Shown here in pieces: positions 7,257-16,857 of a stretch of 64,000 nt of DNA (its first letter is position 1; every line of letters starts with the position of its first letter). Both the position numbers and the translations under genes were made by a program. The notes under the pieces are model-generated. The model had not been told where the DNA came from. It did not search any database and saw only the letters and a program-made list of their open reading frames with translations. Source of the stretch: Candidatus Sumerlaeota bacterium (GTDB taxonomy: Bacteria; Sumerlaeota; Sumerlaeia; JAFGJS01); NCBI GenBank assembly GCA_016928995.1, contig JAFGJS010000030.1:37776-101775 (forward strand). Direction: 5' to 3'.

Positions 7257-9389
7257 CTAGATCCGCACGACAATTCCATCTCGCGCCGATTGGACTGCGG
7301 CGAAACTTGCGCGGGTCACATTGGCCAGTTCCGAGAAGGGGATGAGCGGCGCGCCGCCTTCGCTGACGCGTGTGATGAAGGCTTCCACTTCCGCCTGATG
7401 CCCTTTGTCCTGCCGGGATGTCTTGAACTTGCTCAATCGCGGGAATCCATATCCGCGAGTCAGCCGGAAATTTTCCATCCGCATAATCCGGCCATCGCTG
7501 AACACTTCCAGCGTTTCCTTGGGGTAGGACTTTGCGCCGTTGGAGAAGTAATTGATCGTGCCGACCGAGCCGTCTTCAAAGCCGAGGAGGATGCTCATTT
7601 TGTCTTCCCGCACGGCCGGACCTTCTCCGACCATCATGGCGGAAACGGTCTGGATTTTCGCGCCGGTCAGATAGAGTAGCAAATCAATAAAATGGCACGC
7701 CTCGCCAATGATCCGGCCGCCGCCCGCTTGGGGATCCTGAGTCCAGTGATCGGCCGGAATCGCGCCGCTGTTCACTGTCATGGTTAAACACATCGGTTCG
7801 CTGCGGCCGCGAAGCGCGTCTTTCATTTTTTGAATGTGGGGGCTGAACCGGCGATTGAAGCCGACCATCAGCTGCCGCTCCGGGCGTCTTTTCACGGTTT
7901 GCTCGATGTGCTGCAATTGCGTTTCATTGAGCGCCAGCGGTTTTTCGACGAACACATGTTTGTCCGCTTCCAACGCTTCGCTGACCAGGTTCGCATGAGA
8001 GGCGTGCCCCGTGATGATGAACACAGCGTTCACGGCTGGATCTTTCAGCATGGTCCGGTAATCGGTCGAGGCCTGTTCGATGCCGTATTTCTTCGCCGCA
8101 TGCTGCGCCGCCTGCGCCTTGCTGCGTACCGCCACGTATTTCATCGCCGCATCGGTCTTGCTGATCGCGGGAATCAAGACGCCCGTGGCGAATCCGCCGG
8201 CGCCGATGACGCCCACTGTTGTTTTTTCTGAACCGGCGCTCTGGCGCTGCGTCACCGCCACGTTGATTTCCCGGCTCACTTCCGCGGGATATTCCAGGAT
8301 GATCCCCAGCGCGGACGGATCGTTCTGCACTTTATCATAGGCTTTCAGCGCGTCATTGAGCTGGAAGCGGTGCGTGATCAATGGCTTGACGTTCAAGAGG
8401 CCGCTGTTGATTGCGCTCAGGATCGCCTCGAAATTCCGCCCTTCGGTCCAGCGCACGTAGCTGATCGGATAGTCCTGCCCCTTCTGTTCGTAGGTTTCGT
8501 CATACCGGCCCGGGCCATAAGAGCAGGAGACCTGGAAGGTTAATTCTTTTTTATAGAAATCGTCGCGCCGCAAATTCAATCCCACGACGCCGACAAGGAT
8601 GATGCGTCCGCGCTTGCGGCATGCCTCGGCCGCTTGATGCATGATCACGTCCGTTTTGGCCGAGGCTGTGATGATGACGCCGTCGACGCCGGCGCCGCCT
8701 GTCGCGGTTAAGGCCGACGCCACGGGATCGGCGCCCGCGTCGAGATTGACTGCTTTGGCGCCGAAGGTTTCGGCCAGCGCCAGGCGATCCGCGTTCAGAT
8801 CCACGGCCAACACCTCGCAACCGCTGGCTCGCAGCAGCTGAGCGGTCAGAAGTCCGATCAGGCCCATGCCAAAAACCATGATTGTCTCGCCGAGTTCCGG
8901 CTTGAGCAGCCGTACTCCTTGGAGCGCGATGCTGGCCAGCACGGTGAAGGCGGCTTCTTCGTCAGGAATGCCTTCGGGAACCTTCGCGCAGAGGTTGCGC
9001 GGCGCCGCGATGATTTCGGCGTGATTGCCGTTGGAGATCACACGATCGCCAGGCGCCAAATCCTGAACGCCCTCGCCGGCTTCCAGCACGACGCCGCAGT
9101 TGCAGTAACCCAGCGGCATCGGCGTGTCGAGTTTGCGGAACACGGCGTCGAGAGTGGGGAGCAGGCCGTCCGTTTTGATCTTATCCAGAACTTGCTTCAC
9201 CTTGTCCGGTTGCTGCCGCGCTTTTTGGATCAGGCTCGCCTGGCTGAACTCCACGAGCATACGTTCCGTGCCCGATGAAATCAGCGAGGCCCGGGATTGA
9301 ATGAGCGCTTCACCGCGTCCCGCCGTTGGGGATGGAAGTTCAGCGATTTCCATCTTGCCGGTCTTTAAGTGTTGAAGGATTTGTTTCAT
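7257..9389 (-). CDS. bi-domain oxidoreductase: N-terminal MDR/zinc-type alcohol dehydrogenase fold fused to C-terminal Gfo/Idh/MocA NAD(P)-binding oxidoreductase
   Basis: The N-terminal half has a GroES-like ADH domain and Rossmann fold (GMGLIGLLTAQLLRASGCEV). The C-terminal half (VGVIGAGGFATGVLIP...) has Gfo/Idh/MocA signatures. 710 aa. First gene upstream of the glycan operon. Confidence 0.75.
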   Translation of the reverse strand: MKQILQHLKTGKMEIAELPSPTAGRGEALIQSRASLISSGTERMLVEFSQASLIQKARQQPDKVKQVLDKIKTDGLLPTLDAVFRKLDTPMPLGYCNCGVVLEAGEGVQDLAPGDRVISNGNHAEIIAAPRNLCAKVPEGIPDEEAAFTVLASIALQGVRLLKPELGETIMVFGMGLIGLLTAQLLRASGCEVLAVDLNADRLALAETFGAKAVNLDAGADPVASALTATGGAGVDGVIITASAKTDVIMHQAAEACRKRGRIILVGVVGLNLRRDDFYKKELTFQVSCSYGPGRYDETYEQKGQDYPISYVRWTEGRNFEAILSAINSGLLNVKPLITHRFQLNDALKAYDKVQNDPSALGIILEYPAEVSREINVAVTQRQSAGSEKTTVGVIGAGGFATGVLIPAISKTDAAMKYVAVRSKAQAAQHAAKKYGIEQASTDYRTMLKDPAVNAVFIITGHASHANLVSEALEADKHVFVEKPLALNETQLQHIEQTVKRRPERQLMVGFNRRFSPHIQKMKDALRGRSEPMCLTMTVNSGAIPADHWTQDPQAGGGRIIGEACHFIDLLLYLTGAKIQTVSAMMVGEGPAVREDKMSILLGFEDGSVGTINYFSNGAKSYPKETLEVFSDGRIMRMENFRLTRGYGFPRLSKFKTSRQDKGHQAEVEAFITRVSEGGAPLIPFSELANVTRASFAAVQSARDGIVVRI

Positions 9390-9432
9390 TTGAGCTCCAA
9401 TCCCGCGCTTTCATGCCGCCTTATAACTTATG

Positions 9433-10599
9433 TCATGCGGGGCCGTTTTTTTTCGAAGCGGCATAGCCGTGAATTGTGATTGGCCGGTTTTGCTCCAGCG
9501 CCTCGCGTGTCTTGAGAAAGAGATTCCCCGTCTCCCAAACGTATTCAATTGAACATCCCTGCGCCCCGGCGTCTGCCGTTGGCCGCGCCATCTCGTAACT
9601 GCGCAGGATATTCTCCCGATGCCCGTGATCGCGAAACAGCGGCGCGATCCTGCGCTTTTTTTCCACCACTTCGATGGTCAGCGTTTTAAAGTCATCCATG
9701 GAAATCAACGCATTGCCGCGATGCGCCGCAAACCGTTCGCGCACTCCTTCGAAGGTGTGGCCTTTCGCTGAGAATGTGATCGCCGCGATGCTTTCGTCGC
9801 CAAACACATACGTCACCGCGATGTCGCAATCCGATTTTTCACCGCGCGTCGGCGTGATGGTCAGCGGATAACGATTCTCCGGCGCGACCATTTGCAGCAC
9901 GAAGTCCGTCCAGTGGCACAGATTGCCCAGCACGCGTCCGCCTTCTTCCGGCTTGAAATACCAATGCTCCGGCGCGATTTCATGCCCCGCGATGAACCAG
10001 TTGAACATCGCCGGACCGTCCTGCGCGGCCAGACATTCCATGATCGCGCGCCCCATGCGGCTCATCGGACGGTTGAATCCCAATCCCACTCGTCCTTTGC
10101 TTTCCGCCATCGCTGCGCAGAGCCGCTCGAGCTGCTCTTCACGCACCACATGCGGTTTTTCGATATGCACATGCTTGCCTGCCTTCAGCGCCTGAATCGC
10201 ATACTCCGCATGCGAGGCGTGGTTCGACGCGATGTAAATCAGATCAATCGCGGGGTCGTTGATGATTTTTTCCGCGTCATCCGTGTAGTAGCGCAGTCCG
10301 TATTTTTCGTACAGCGACGCCGCCTTGTGCAGGTCGATGTCCATCGCGCCGCGCATCACCCGGTCGTATTTTTTATGCAGATAGTATGCGATGTTGCTGA
10401 AGGCGAAATTTCCGCAGCCGATCAATCCCACATGCCCGCCGTCTTCGATGCGCTCCGGCAAGGCCGGCAGCGGATCGAAGCGCTTTTTCATGTGGTATTG
10501 CCCTTTGATTTTAACCAGCGTGCGGCTGGGGCCGTAAAGCCGCATGTAACGCAGAGCCTTTTTTATTTTAAATCCCAATTTTTGCGTCGTGTAATCCAT
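9433..10599 (-). CDS. Gfo/Idh/MocA-family sugar dehydrogenase/oxidoreductase
   Basis: GLIGCGNFAFSNIAYYL Rossmann motif. EKPHVVREEQLERL (the EKP motif of this family). Confidence 0.8.
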   Translation of the reverse strand: MDYTTQKLGFKIKKALRYMRLYGPSRTLVKIKGQYHMKKRFDPLPALPERIEDGGHVGLIGCGNFAFSNIAYYLHKKYDRVMRGAMDIDLHKAASLYEKYGLRYYTDDAEKIINDPAIDLIYIASNHASHAEYAIQALKAGKHVHIEKPHVVREEQLERLCAAMAESKGRVGLGFNRPMSRMGRAIMECLAAQDGPAMFNWFIAGHEIAPEHWYFKPEEGGRVLGNLCHWTDFVLQMVAPENRYPLTITPTRGEKSDCDIAVTYVFGDESIAAITFSAKGHTFEGVRERFAAHRGNALISMDDFKTLTIEVVEKKRRIAPLFRDHGHRENILRSYEMARPTADAGAQGCSIEYVWETGNLFLKTREALEQNRPITIHGYAASKKNGPA

Positions 10600-10611
10600 G
10601 CATGCCCGCCT

Positions 10612-11766
10612 CTAATTTCCTCGCCAATCCACGAGCGCCGAATAGGTTTCATCGGCGCACTTTTCCCAGGAGAACGCGGCCGCGCGATCCCGCGCGCGTT
10701 TTCGCAAATCGTTGCTCAATGCCTCGTTTTCAATGCACCGCCGCATCCGCTCCGCCAAGCCGTCAATGTCTCGCGCGCGGCATTCCAGCGTGCAATCCTG
10801 GAAAATTTCCGGCAACGGCGGCCGGTCCGTGGAGACAATCGCGCAACCGGATGCCATCGCTTCAATCGCGATATTCGGGCATGCCTCGATCTCCGTCGCG
10901 ATCACGCAAACTCGACAGCGGCGGTATAGAGCGGCCATGATTTCCCGCGAAACATGCCCGGCTGCCAGGATTCGTTCGCGCGCAGGCGATGCTTGAATGG
11001 TCTGCTCGATCAGGCGTCCATAGCGCTGGTCGATTCCCGCGCCTGCAATCACAAGTTGGAGCTCGCTGTCCGAAGGACCGGTCAATCGCCCGTACGCTGC
11101 GATCACATCTTCGCAACGACGGTAGGGAAGCAACGAACCGCAGGTCAAGATGAATTCACGGTTCACGCCGATGTCTTTCAAGGCTTTCCCATCATGCTCC
11201 TGCGCAGCGTCATCCGGAGCGAAACTTGCGTCCCGCCCATGATAGATCCGCCGGACGCGATTCGCATCGACGCCCAATTCCTCGATCAGGCAATTCCGCG
11301 CATAGTCCGACACGGCGATGATCCGATCCGCTTCACGCAACGCTTTCGCAGATTGCCTACGCAGCGCGCGGTTGCGCAATCCCTGGCGAAAACTGTAGCG
11401 ATAATTCATGAAGCGGAACGGCTCCATATTGCGCAGCATCAGCACTTGCTTCACGCCGGGCGCCTTCGGCCCGATCTGATATGGCGTAAAGAGGACATCC
11501 GACTCTAATTCCCGCGCGATGCGCGCCATGTTTCGCCGTTCCCATACAATCCGCCGCCATCCAGCCGGACGCGCACCCTGGATCAAAACGAGCTGCTCTT
11601 TCTGTGTCGATGGCAATAATACAGATTGGCTTTCATGCGCCAAGAACTTCAATTCATGTCCGTCTGCCGCATTTTGAAATCGAGCCGCCAGCAAAGGAGC
11701 TAGATTACATAGATAAGACACCGCCCCGCCGCTGACCGAGGATAGGCAATTGATTAGAATTTTCAT
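10612..11766 (-). CDS. glycosyltransferase family 4 (GT-B, GT1 domain)
   Basis: C-terminal EIEACPNIAIEAMASGCAIVSTD (the E-x7-E motif of retaining GT4 enzymes). Confidence 0.8.
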   Translation of the reverse strand: MKILINCLSSVSGGAVSYLCNLAPLLAARFQNAADGHELKFLAHESQSVLLPSTQKEQLVLIQGARPAGWRRIVWERRNMARIARELESDVLFTPYQIGPKAPGVKQVLMLRNMEPFRFMNYRYSFRQGLRNRALRRQSAKALREADRIIAVSDYARNCLIEELGVDANRVRRIYHGRDASFAPDDAAQEHDGKALKDIGVNREFILTCGSLLPYRRCEDVIAAYGRLTGPSDSELQLVIAGAGIDQRYGRLIEQTIQASPARERILAAGHVSREIMAALYRRCRVCVIATEIEACPNIAIEAMASGCAIVSTDRPPLPEIFQDCTLECRARDIDGLAERMRRCIENEALSNDLRKRARDRAAAFSWEKCADETYSALVDWRGN

Positions 11767-11788
11767 CGAGGCGTCCTTGCGCGGCGGA

Positions 11789-13030
11789 TCAGTAATGCGT
11801 ATTATTGTTTGACGGCTGTAAATTTTTTTCTGTTGTGCGAATTCTACGTAATATTTCCTCCAACGCCGCGCCCCAGGTTGATTCCCAGGTGAAGCGGCGT
11901 TTCACGTCCTCGCGCGCCAGACGCCCCATACGTTCGCGCATTCCGCTGTCATTCGCCAGCAGCAGGATCGCGTCCGCCAAGGCTTTCTCATCCGCCGGTT
12001 GGAACAATAATCCTGTTTCTTCGTGGTTAATCACTTCACGGTTGCATGCGTAATCCGGCGCTATTGTCGCTAATTCCGACGCCATATATTCCTGAATTTT
12101 TATGGGACAGATGATGTCCGTTGATCCGGGCAGCACGGCGATGTCCAGCGCGGACAAGATTCCAGGCACTTCGTCTTTGGGCACGCCGGGAATCATCATC
12201 ATCGATGATTGGAGCAAATTTCGTCTTGCTGCTAAACGATGTGCCTTGTCATATTCTTTGCCCGAACCCACCATGAGGCAGCACACATTGTTTATCCCTC
12301 GCTCTTGAATTTTGGCCATCGCCTCAATAAGGAGGCACGTGCTATGGTACCAGGCATAACTTCCTAGATATCCAATCAGCACCGTATCTTTGGAGATGCC
12401 CAGTCGTTTGCGTGTTTCTTCACGCTCTTGCGCATCGCATCGGAATTGCTGGGGATCGACAGCATTATGCGCGACAATGATCTTGTCGCTATTAATGCCT
12501 TGTTGGATCAAATCTACTCGCAAAACCTCGGATTCTGTGACGATGAAATCAGCCTCTTCATTTTTCCAATGTTCCATCCTTCGGGCTCGATGCAAGTGCA
12601 ATGAAAGCGAATATGCGGCGATGTTATCCTTCCACTCCAGAACATACGGAACGCCAAATTGGCGCGCCAACTTCAAACCCGCGCAATGCAACCGGCAAGA
12701 TCGCTCCCACACAATGTCGGGTTTGAATGCTTTACATTGAAGTTCCAGATGTCGCAGCATCTCCATGTCATGGTGGATATCCCGCCGTTCTGAAACGCTA
12801 CGGATCAGCGGATTGAGTATTTCGACGCGCCGATACCACTGCCGATGAAAAGAATGCTTCCCGTACTCCCGGCTCTGGCTGTTACTCGAATTCGGCAAAA
12901 TGTCGCCGCCGCAAATGGCTTTTACTTCAAAGCCCAACTTTTTCCAACAAGCGAGAAACGAAGAGATTTTTCGACCCGGATTATCGCTGAATATGCTTCG
13001 TCCGCCGGCGATGTATAGCACTTTGCTCAT
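11789..13030 (-). CDS. glycosyltransferase family 4
   Basis: GT-B fold with C-terminal Glycos_transf_1-like region (LIGYLGS..., LMVGSGKEY..., AVLPGS...). Lower-GC gene. Confidence 0.7.
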   Translation of the reverse strand: MSKVLYIAGGRSIFSDNPGRKISSFLACWKKLGFEVKAICGGDILPNSSNSQSREYGKHSFHRQWYRRVEILNPLIRSVSERRDIHHDMEMLRHLELQCKAFKPDIVWERSCRLHCAGLKLARQFGVPYVLEWKDNIAAYSLSLHLHRARRMEHWKNEEADFIVTESEVLRVDLIQQGINSDKIIVAHNAVDPQQFRCDAQEREETRKRLGISKDTVLIGYLGSYAWYHSTCLLIEAMAKIQERGINNVCCLMVGSGKEYDKAHRLAARRNLLQSSMMMIPGVPKDEVPGILSALDIAVLPGSTDIICPIKIQEYMASELATIAPDYACNREVINHEETGLLFQPADEKALADAILLLANDSGMRERMGRLAREDVKRRFTWESTWGAALEEILRRIRTTEKNLQPSNNNTHY

Positions 13031-13048
13031 TATGCAATTCCCAGGCGC

Positions 13049-14191
13049 TTATGCAGATTTATTTTCAGTGTAGATGGCTTTAAGCGCTTTGATATTGTTT
13101 TTTATATTGAATGGGCTTTTCTCAATGATGCTCAGGGCTTTGCTCTGTTTCATGATTCGATTCGTGATCTTCGTGTGGAATATCGCTTGCGCCCATTCCT
13201 CTGGCGACTGCGATAGAGAGATTCTTTGTACGAGATGAGAGATGACATCCGCTTCTTTGGGGATTGTATCCGAACAAATGCAAGGCAGACCAGCGGCTTG
13301 CGCTTCCACCAGCGCCAGTCCTAAGCCTTCATATAGTGAAGGAAACAGGAATAGATCCATCGCGCCTAGCATGATTTGCGGCACATCAGTACGAACTCCT
13401 GTAAAAAAAACATTGTCTTTAAGCCCAGATTGAGCGGCTTGGACTTCAATCTTCGACTTAAACTTTCCATCACCCACAAATAAAAAAACAATGCCGGGAT
13501 CTTTTTTTTGAATTTCTCTAGCGATTTCAATAATGAATTCATGGTTTTTTTGGCTATTTCGAAAGCTTCCCACATGGCCTACTACATAAGCGCCTTTTGG
13601 CAATCCGAACGATTCTCGCAAAACATCCTTTTTCGTCGTTGCTCCAAATATAGAAAAATCCACGCCGTAATATAAAAGTTTCCAGCGTGAATCCTCGCGC
13701 CAATGCGGGCCGAAATAGCTGTTGGCTGCTATTTCTGAACAAGCGAATCCATGTGTGGCGTGAACTTTGCTGTTTTTTTGACTCTGTAGTGCAAACAACC
13801 GCTGGAAAAAATTACTTGGCATCGCCTGGGACATGTCGTTGTGGCTATGGACAATGCGGATGGGCGTTCCAACTTGTTTGGCGGCGGACATAACAGGGCC
13901 GTTCCAGTTCACGCAATGCGAATGGACAACATCATATGGCCCGTATTTTATTAGTATCGCTTTTAATTCGCGCATATATCTCAACGGCCGGGAGGGTGAG
14001 CAACAATGATATAAACTACACCCCATATCCTTCAATTCCTCGCCATAATCGCCAGGCTTGTCTGCATGAATAAGAAAGTCCATGCGATATTGATCGCGAT
14101 CAATGTTACGTAATACATGCATTAACCACGTCTCAACTCCTCCGCGATTCATCGAGTAAACGACTTGAAGTATTCTTACAGGCTTAACCAT
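13049..14191 (-). CDS. glycosyltransferase family 4
   Basis: FPSLYEGLGLALVEAQAAGLPCICSD motif. Lower-GC gene. Confidence 0.8.
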   Translation of the reverse strand: MVKPVRILQVVYSMNRGGVETWLMHVLRNIDRDQYRMDFLIHADKPGDYGEELKDMGCSLYHCCSPSRPLRYMRELKAILIKYGPYDVVHSHCVNWNGPVMSAAKQVGTPIRIVHSHNDMSQAMPSNFFQRLFALQSQKNSKVHATHGFACSEIAANSYFGPHWREDSRWKLLYYGVDFSIFGATTKKDVLRESFGLPKGAYVVGHVGSFRNSQKNHEFIIEIAREIQKKDPGIVFLFVGDGKFKSKIEVQAAQSGLKDNVFFTGVRTDVPQIMLGAMDLFLFPSLYEGLGLALVEAQAAGLPCICSDTIPKEADVISHLVQRISLSQSPEEWAQAIFHTKITNRIMKQSKALSIIEKSPFNIKNNIKALKAIYTENKSA

Positions 14192-14213
14192 ATGACTTTT
14201 CTAACCGGCTGAT

Positions 14214-15431
14214 TCACTGCTCTGATATTTGCGTTCCAAAGCAATGTCCAAATTTTGAAAATAAAGCATCCCTTACAATCCCCATTTGTTTTTCGTAAGT
14301 GTTATTCGATGCTGACTGCAATCCGTTTTGAATGATGGCGATGCGTTTTTTCGGATTATCCAAGAGAAACTCTACAGCCTGGACGATCTCCCGCGAGGAT
14401 CCTGGCTGAATCAGCAGACCATTATGATTTTGTTCAATCATGCCGGAAACGCTGCCGATTCGTGTGGCGATGACCGGACAGCTTTTTGCCATCGCTTCCA
14501 TAATCACCTTTGGGCGGCCTTCCGATGCGACAGACGGCAAGATAAATATATCATGAGATTTGTAATACTCCCATAATCTGGGTCCAAACGGAACTCGTCC
14601 CGCGAATTCCACTGCATTGCTCATCTCAGTTCTTGCGACTTCTGTTTTCAATTTTGCTAACAATGTGCCCTCTCCAACTAAGGTCAGGCAAATATCTCTC
14701 CCGCCTTGTCGCAGCAGGCGCACCGCTTCCAAGAGAAAAATTACGCCTTTTCTAGGGGAAATGTTCCCGACAAACAACAGTCGACAGGGCTTTGATTGGC
14801 AAGTATCGCGGAATTCCTCGATATCGCGCTGTTCAACGAGAAAATTTGCAAAGACGCAGAAATCAGTGCGATTTTGAGCATAGCGCTCAAGCAGCTTTTC
14901 ACCGACGGCAAATAGTGCGTCGCACTGGGCGGTTGTTTCCCTGAAGATCCTGTCTGCACGCCATACAATAAATGGCCGCAGAATACGCTTCAGGCCGATT
15001 CGCCATTCCGCGGAGTAGGCCTCCGCCCAATCACCGTGCAATGAGACGATAGTGTGTTTATTCATTCTTTTTGCAATCCGGACTGCATGCCATCCTTCGT
15101 ACGATGGCAATCGGCCATAAACAATGTCAACATCGCTAAGAAGATCTGCCAGGCGACGTGGAGCCAGACCGAGATTATTCAACAGGGCGCCATATTTATC
15201 CTGCGGGCCTCGCAACTCGCGCGCATCAGTATGCTCAGGAAGGCGAACCCAATCCTTCTGCCCTTCACGATACTCCACACGAGGCCGCACAAGCGTCGCT
15301 CGTTTGAAGCAACGTGTGAAAATTTCAAGAATACGACACTCTACAGGATTCACATAGCAAGTATCATTTTGTTGCGTATATGGTACATGCGATACGATCG
15401 CTACATGGGCGTTCAGAATATCGTTCTGCAT
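14214..15431 (-). CDS. glycosyltransferase family 4
   Basis: FILPSVASEGRPKVIMEAMAKSCPVIATRIGS motif. Confidence 0.8.
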   Translation of the reverse strand: MQNDILNAHVAIVSHVPYTQQNDTCYVNPVECRILEIFTRCFKRATLVRPRVEYREGQKDWVRLPEHTDARELRGPQDKYGALLNNLGLAPRRLADLLSDVDIVYGRLPSYEGWHAVRIAKRMNKHTIVSLHGDWAEAYSAEWRIGLKRILRPFIVWRADRIFRETTAQCDALFAVGEKLLERYAQNRTDFCVFANFLVEQRDIEEFRDTCQSKPCRLLFVGNISPRKGVIFLLEAVRLLRQGGRDICLTLVGEGTLLAKLKTEVARTEMSNAVEFAGRVPFGPRLWEYYKSHDIFILPSVASEGRPKVIMEAMAKSCPVIATRIGSVSGMIEQNHNGLLIQPGSSREIVQAVEFLLDNPKKRIAIIQNGLQSASNNTYEKQMGIVRDALFSKFGHCFGTQISEQ

Positions 15432-15456
15432 CGTTCATTTCAACTTCGTAAAAAAA

Positions 15457-16857
15457 TCAAGTCCCTGTATCTATTAACCGATTCATCATGGAAATAGAAT
15501 TCTGTTTTTGTCTGTAATTCTGTTGTTCATTTGTTATTACATTTAATGCGTTTATTTTTTGCGTAGCAATGATTAACAATAAAATGACATAGGTGTTGAA
15601 ATTGCCGGTGCCAAATCCACGCCAAAATCCCTGTCCGGCAAAACCATTGATCAATACAAATACCATATAAGCGTAAAGCCCTAAAGCAAATTGCACATCG
15701 ACGGACATTCTGGATTTGCGCATTTTGTTGAGTCGGTGAATGCCGCAGGCCAAAAAGAGAAGAAACAACACAAAAGCGGCTGTACCTCCTTGTTCGAAAG
15801 CAAAGAAATACGAATTATGAATTCCATATCCAACCCGGTAACGTAAAGAGTTCAATCCTTCCGATATTGGAGCGACATAAAAACCTGCGCCGATGAACGG
15901 GACTGGCAAGCCATCGAACATGTATCGATCAATGGAATAGTCAAATCTGATACGATTCATAATGCTGTTTTCTGTATTTCTATAGATCTCGAAGCGTTTG
16001 AATCCAAGCGATGCTTGATTCGCGTCGAAGGAGCGCACATTGAAGCCTGCCAAGTATACAAAGCATGCCGCCATGATCGCGAACACCAGCGATTTGCGCA
16101 TCAGCATCGGTTTGAGCCACACACTGACAAGCAAGACAATCGCCGTTCCAGCGATCGCCGCGCGAGACCCGCACGCCAGGGCCGGCCATGCGACAAAGAA
16201 GGCCAGTCCGAGGCAAAGCCAACTGCGCGGCACACTTCGGATGGAAGGAACCAAGGTAAGAGTCATCGCGAATGATAAAACACTGAATAGGCCGATGTGA
16301 AAATAGGTCCGTGAAAGCGGACCAAAGATAGCGCCTTCAAATGACTTTACTGTTTTTCCGCCGGAAATCGCCCATTCAGTGGGTTTGCTGCCATACTGCG
16401 GAATGGCATACAGCGCGACAAAAACGCCGCCGCAGACTATCAGTTGATGAATGATCTTTTTTTGACGGGCATCCAACGGAATTTGGGTTCCGATATAAAT
16501 GACAATCAGACCTTCGATATACTTGGCGGCGAAGAACAATGAAAATTGTCCATATTCCCAAGGGAGAATAGCAATCGTCCACACTGTCGCGCAAAAACAG
16601 AAAACCCCCACGATCGAAGCCCAAATTCGAAAGAGCCAGGATACCCGTATACCGTGACGCAAATGAGGCAGTACGCCTACGACGCCGATGAGAAACATCA
16701 CATCGAACAAACGAGGATTCACTCGGTCATAAGGAGTCGGTTGCCAAAGCGGAAGTTCATAAGCAAAGGACAAGATCAATCCACACAGCCAATAGAATTC
16801 CAACCTTCTGGCTTTATGCCTTTGAAGGTGGGGGGGATTTTCCAATTCTGCTGTCAT
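15457..16857 (-). CDS. polytopic membrane protein, putative Wzy-type O-antigen/EPS polymerase
   Basis: ~10-12 predicted TM segments with a large periplasmic loop. Sits inside a Wzx/Wzy-type cluster, and the O-antigen ligase-like gene is elsewhere (49024). Family assignment is by topology and context only. Confidence 0.5.
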   Translation of the reverse strand: MTAELENPPHLQRHKARRLEFYWLCGLILSFAYELPLWQPTPYDRVNPRLFDVMFLIGVVGVLPHLRHGIRVSWLFRIWASIVGVFCFCATVWTIAILPWEYGQFSLFFAAKYIEGLIVIYIGTQIPLDARQKKIIHQLIVCGGVFVALYAIPQYGSKPTEWAISGGKTVKSFEGAIFGPLSRTYFHIGLFSVLSFAMTLTLVPSIRSVPRSWLCLGLAFFVAWPALACGSRAAIAGTAIVLLVSVWLKPMLMRKSLVFAIMAACFVYLAGFNVRSFDANQASLGFKRFEIYRNTENSIMNRIRFDYSIDRYMFDGLPVPFIGAGFYVAPISEGLNSLRYRVGYGIHNSYFFAFEQGGTAAFVLFLLFLACGIHRLNKMRKSRMSVDVQFALGLYAYMVFVLINGFAGQGFWRGFGTGNFNTYVILLLIIATQKINALNVITNEQQNYRQKQNSISMMNRLIDTGT

